A DNA stretch of 64,000 bases. It comes from an uncultured Pseudomonadota bacterium. GTDB lineage: Bacteria; Oederibacteriota; Muellerivitia; Muellerivitales; Muellerivitaceae. Position numbers and translations under genes: made by a program. Numbering within the stretch: position 1 is the first letter of the stretch; each line of letters starts with the position of its first letter. Positions 60,734-64,000 of the stretch are shown here, piece after piece. The DNA is taken from the NCBI GenBank assembly GCA_963843375.1, contig CAWJKT010000009.1:247245-311244 (forward strand), given 5' to 3'. The notes under the pieces were generated by a model, which worked only from the letters and a program-made list of their open reading frames with translations, did no database searches and had not been told where the DNA came from.

Positions 60734-61022
60734 GAAATCCTTTCCTATGGGTTTGGCCTTTGAAGATGCAATGGACGTGCCATTAAAAGCCAAGGAATCT
60801 TTGGAATGATTGAAGGTAAACGGTACATCTTTGTTCGTTAAAAAGTTGTTCGTTCTTTTGAATGGTGGGAATTCCAAACAAATTTAGCGCCGACAAGGGA
60901 TTTGTCCTCCCGGTTATTTTTAAAAAAGCCGTTGTGGAGGGATTTTGAATCTTTTTACGTGAAAAATAATCCGTTTAACGAAATTGTATGGTTCCACAAA
61001 AGAGAAATGAAAATTAAGAATT

Positions 61023-61703
61023 TTAATGTTTGTTTTTTTGGTCAAATTCGATTTCGCCGTCCTTGAGGCCTATCTGCCGTCCGGCCCGAGCCGCGTAATC
61101 CGGTTCATGGGTCACCATGAGAACGGTTGTTTTTTGTTCCCGGTTGACCCGCTCAAACAATGAAATCACTTTATCCCCGCTGACGGAATCCAGGTTGCCG
61201 GTGGGCTCGTCGGCCAAAAGGTATTTGGGGCGCATGATCAGGGCCCGGGCGATCGCCACCCTTTGGCGCTCGCCCCCGGAAATTTGCCCTGAAAGTTTTT
61301 TTCGGATATGTCCGATCTCGAAATCTTCCATCAACTGGACGGCGTATTTTCTGAGTTCCTCATGGCGGTTGGTTTTGCGGGCGGGGAAAAGGACGTTCTC
61401 CTCGCAGTCAAGCTCGGGCAAAAGGTAATGGAACTGGAAAACGAAGCCCATGTTCAGGTTTCGGAAGCGGTGAAGGGCCTTGGGGGAAAGGATCGTGCGT
61501 GTCCTGCCCGTCCAAAAGGAGGGTGCCGGAGGTCAGGGGGTCCAGGGTGCTGAGGGAATAAAGCAAGGTACTCTTGCCTGAGCCGGAGCGGCCCGGTGAT
61601 GGCCACGAATTCAGCCGTCGGCGATCTCAAAAGAGAGGCTTTTCAACACCACGGTCGGGGGCTGGCCGAAGGACTTGACGATATTTTTGGCGGTGAAGCC
61701 CAT
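61023..61703 (-). pseudogene. ABC transporter ATP-binding protein (LolD/MacB-type), frameshifted
   Basis: GSGKST, FVFQFHYL, ISGGERQRVAIARAL, LADEPTGNLD. Confidence 0.88.
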
Positions 61704-61704
61704 T

Positions 61705-62954
61705 TTAGCCCCCTTCGCTTCGAAGAATATCAATGGGCGCCATTCGGCTGGCGGCCCGGGCGGGGAGGAAGCCCGGCGAATAGCCCTGAAAGGAAAGCCA
61801 AAAGGAAACCGGACACATAAAAATAGTATGCCACGCGATCAGCATGTGATTGATTCGGGTGATGCTGACCCCGGCGGAAAAAGTGATGGTTTGGACATAA
61901 AGGCAAACCAGGGTACCCAAACCCAGACCTAGGATTCCGCCAATGAACCCAAGGATCAGCCCCTGGGAAAGGAACAATTGGATGATGTCCGGGGCTCAAA
62001 ACCCATCGACCTTAGGATGGCGATCTCTCCCCGTTTTTGCATGACCATCATGTTGAGGATGTTGTAAATGCCGAAAGCCGCGATCATCAGCACGACGAAA
62101 CTCAAGATATAGCGGATCATGTCCTGCATCTTGAAAACCTGGAAAAAATTGGCGTTGGCCTCGTCCCAGCTTTGGACATTCTCCCGGCTCAGGGAAGCCC
62201 ATTGATCGGCCACTTTTTTGGCCAGGGTGATGTCCTTCAATTTCACGATGATCTGGGAGACCTGGCCCGGGGTTTGGTTGGCCTGTTGCACATAATGGAT
62301 GGGGGCGTAGGCGGTGACATCGTCAACCTGGGTCATTCCCGTACTGAAAAACCCGGCCACTTTCGCCGGGATCACATCCCCCTTGATGTCGACGATATTC
62401 AAGGTGTCGTTGACATGGATCCCCAGTTTTTGGGCCAAGGACTCCCCGATGATGATTTGGAAACCGCCCTTGTCCAGATCCAGAAAATTCCCCACGGTCA
62501 TATCGTCTTGGACGTCCGTGGCCTGAACCTGTTTTTCCGCTTCAACCCCGATGAGGGTAATGGTCCGGGTCAGCTTTCCCCGGTTGACCAAAACCTGGGC
62601 GGTGATTTGGGGGGCGTAGGCCAGAACCGTTTCGTCCGCATCCAGGCGGTCGAACCAGCCTTGGGGATATTCCAGATGGGGCGGCTCGTCGTGGCTAACC
62701 GGGGGAACCACCCATTTCACGAGGGTATCGGGGAAGAAATAGGGGTCCAGGGAGTGTTCCTCGATCACCGGTTCCTCGGCCTTGATGCTGATATGGGCGG
62801 TCGTGTTGATGAGCCGTTGGATGAAATATTCCCGAAAGCCCAGCATCATTCCGGAAAGGATAAGGAAGGCCGCGGTGCCGAAAGTGATTCCCAGCAAAGC
62901 CAGGAAGGTTCTGCCGGGTTTCGACAGCAACTGCTTGATGGCCAGGAAAAACAC
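61705..62954 (-). pseudogene. ABC transporter permease (LolC/E, MacB-like), frameshift near 61975
   Basis: RTFLALLGITFG, IAAFGIYNIL..KRGEIAILRSMG, PARAASRMAPIDILR. Confidence 0.88.
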
Positions 62955-62960
62955 GGCTAT

Positions 62961-63747
62961 TTACCCGGCAGGATAAGCGTATCGCCTGCTTGGATGCTGT
63001 TATCCGCCACCTCGGCCCAGGTTCCATCGGTGGCTCCGAGTTTGACGGGGATTTTCTTCGGAATTCCGCCCGCGCAGGACCGTCACGCTACCTTTATCCA
63101 CCGCGACGATGGGGATTTGAAGGACATTGTCCTTCGCTGAAACTTGGATGGCCACATCGCAGGTCATTCCCACTAAAATTCCTTCTGGCAACCCCGGAAC
63201 CTCAATATTCACGTAGAATTCACCCTCTTTGGGATAAATGGCGGAAACCGTGCCCTCGAGTTTTTGCCCCCGGAGACTTTCGAAACTCAGGAAATGACTT
63301 TTGGCCGTCGCGTACCGGGATGGCGCCCGATTGCTCCAGCGAAACAACGACATAGGGATTTTTCAGGTCGGTCAAGGTCAGAACGGACAACTGGGGAAAG
63401 ATGGTCTCGCCTTCCTTATAAGGAAGGGAGGTGACAACGCCGTCAAAGGGGGCGCGGATCAGGTGATTGTCCACAAAAGAAACAAGGGGATCGTCTTTTT
63501 TAACCGCGGCCCCTTCATCGATATAAAGCTTTTTCAAGGTGTCCATGACCCCCAGTTTCAGGTCATAAGTGTGCCGGGCGGTGACGGTGCCGATTCCATA
63601 AACCGACTCCACCATGGGACCCAGTTTGGGATGGACTTCATTGGAGATGGATCGAAGCACGGTCACGGCGAAACCGCCCCCGAATAAAACCAAAACAGCC
63701 AGAAGCGACCAGCCCCAATATTTTTTAATCCAGGTAAGCATTTTCAT
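62961..63747 (-). pseudogene. Efflux periplasmic adaptor (HlyD/MacA-like), frameshifted
   Basis: N-terminal TM, IRAPFDGVVT, GTVSAIYP, ILVGMTCDVAI. Confidence 0.82.
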
Positions 63748-63870
63748 ATCTCCAAGATTATGGAATCTAACCGAACGATGAGATGATATAAATCATAAAA
63801 TAAAGAATATAGCCACCCCGCTTTTCGTCAGTGCTCCCGTTATAATAAGCCGAATTGAACGGAGGTTTTT

Positions 63871-64000
63871 TTGAATCCCTACTTTTTAATAGGCTTAACC
63901 CTGGCGGGTTTGGTGGTATGGACCTCCGGATCCTATTTCTTTTGGCGGATCAGCCGGACCAACAAAGCCCGGTTTGCCCACCGGGATGTCCAGCCCGCCT
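63871..64000 (+). CDS. 5' end of a membrane-anchored protein, truncated by the window
   Basis: GGAGG RBS, TTG start, hydrophobic MNPYFLIGLTLAGLVVW. Confidence 0.45.
   Translation, partial: MNPYFLIGLTLAGLVVWTSGSYFFWRISRTNKARFAHRDVQPA

Overview
Bacterial chromosomal window in two parts. (1) About 2.3-24.6 kb is an accessory gene array. It is cut into 18 modules by 19 junctions, each carrying a ~28-bp palindromic site with an 11-6-11 layout (consensus TGTCCACGACG-GGGACC-CGTCGTGGACA) that usually lies a few to tens of bp after a stop codon. The modules carry 8 type II toxin-antitoxin pairs, three paralogous Thr/Pro-stalk lipoproteins, an Ntn acylase, two SDRs, ArsR and TetR regulons and several secreted hypothetical proteins. 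This looks like an integron-like cassette array, but the sites resemble simple tyrosine-recombinase core sites (dif/loxP layout) rather than attC. No recombinase gene is in the window. An ORF-deleted group II intron (5270-6052) is inserted exactly at the 3' edge of one site, and its predicted EBS1 loop (UGUCCAA) is complementary to the end of that site (TTGGACA), so it appears to target the array sites. (2) About 24.9-64 kb holds housekeeping and carbohydrate genes (GalE-like epimerase, NDP-sugar synthase, two GH51-like hydrolases, phosphomannomutase, GT2, dut, GH5, hisS, aspS, GH36, phoH, ybeY, CNNM/CorC, pcm, era, pyk, ArsC/Spx, an EAL protein and an ABC exporter), and I found no copy of the site there. 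Many genes contain 1-bp frameshifts, most likely assembly indel errors. Product calls come from motif recognition only; no database searches were run.
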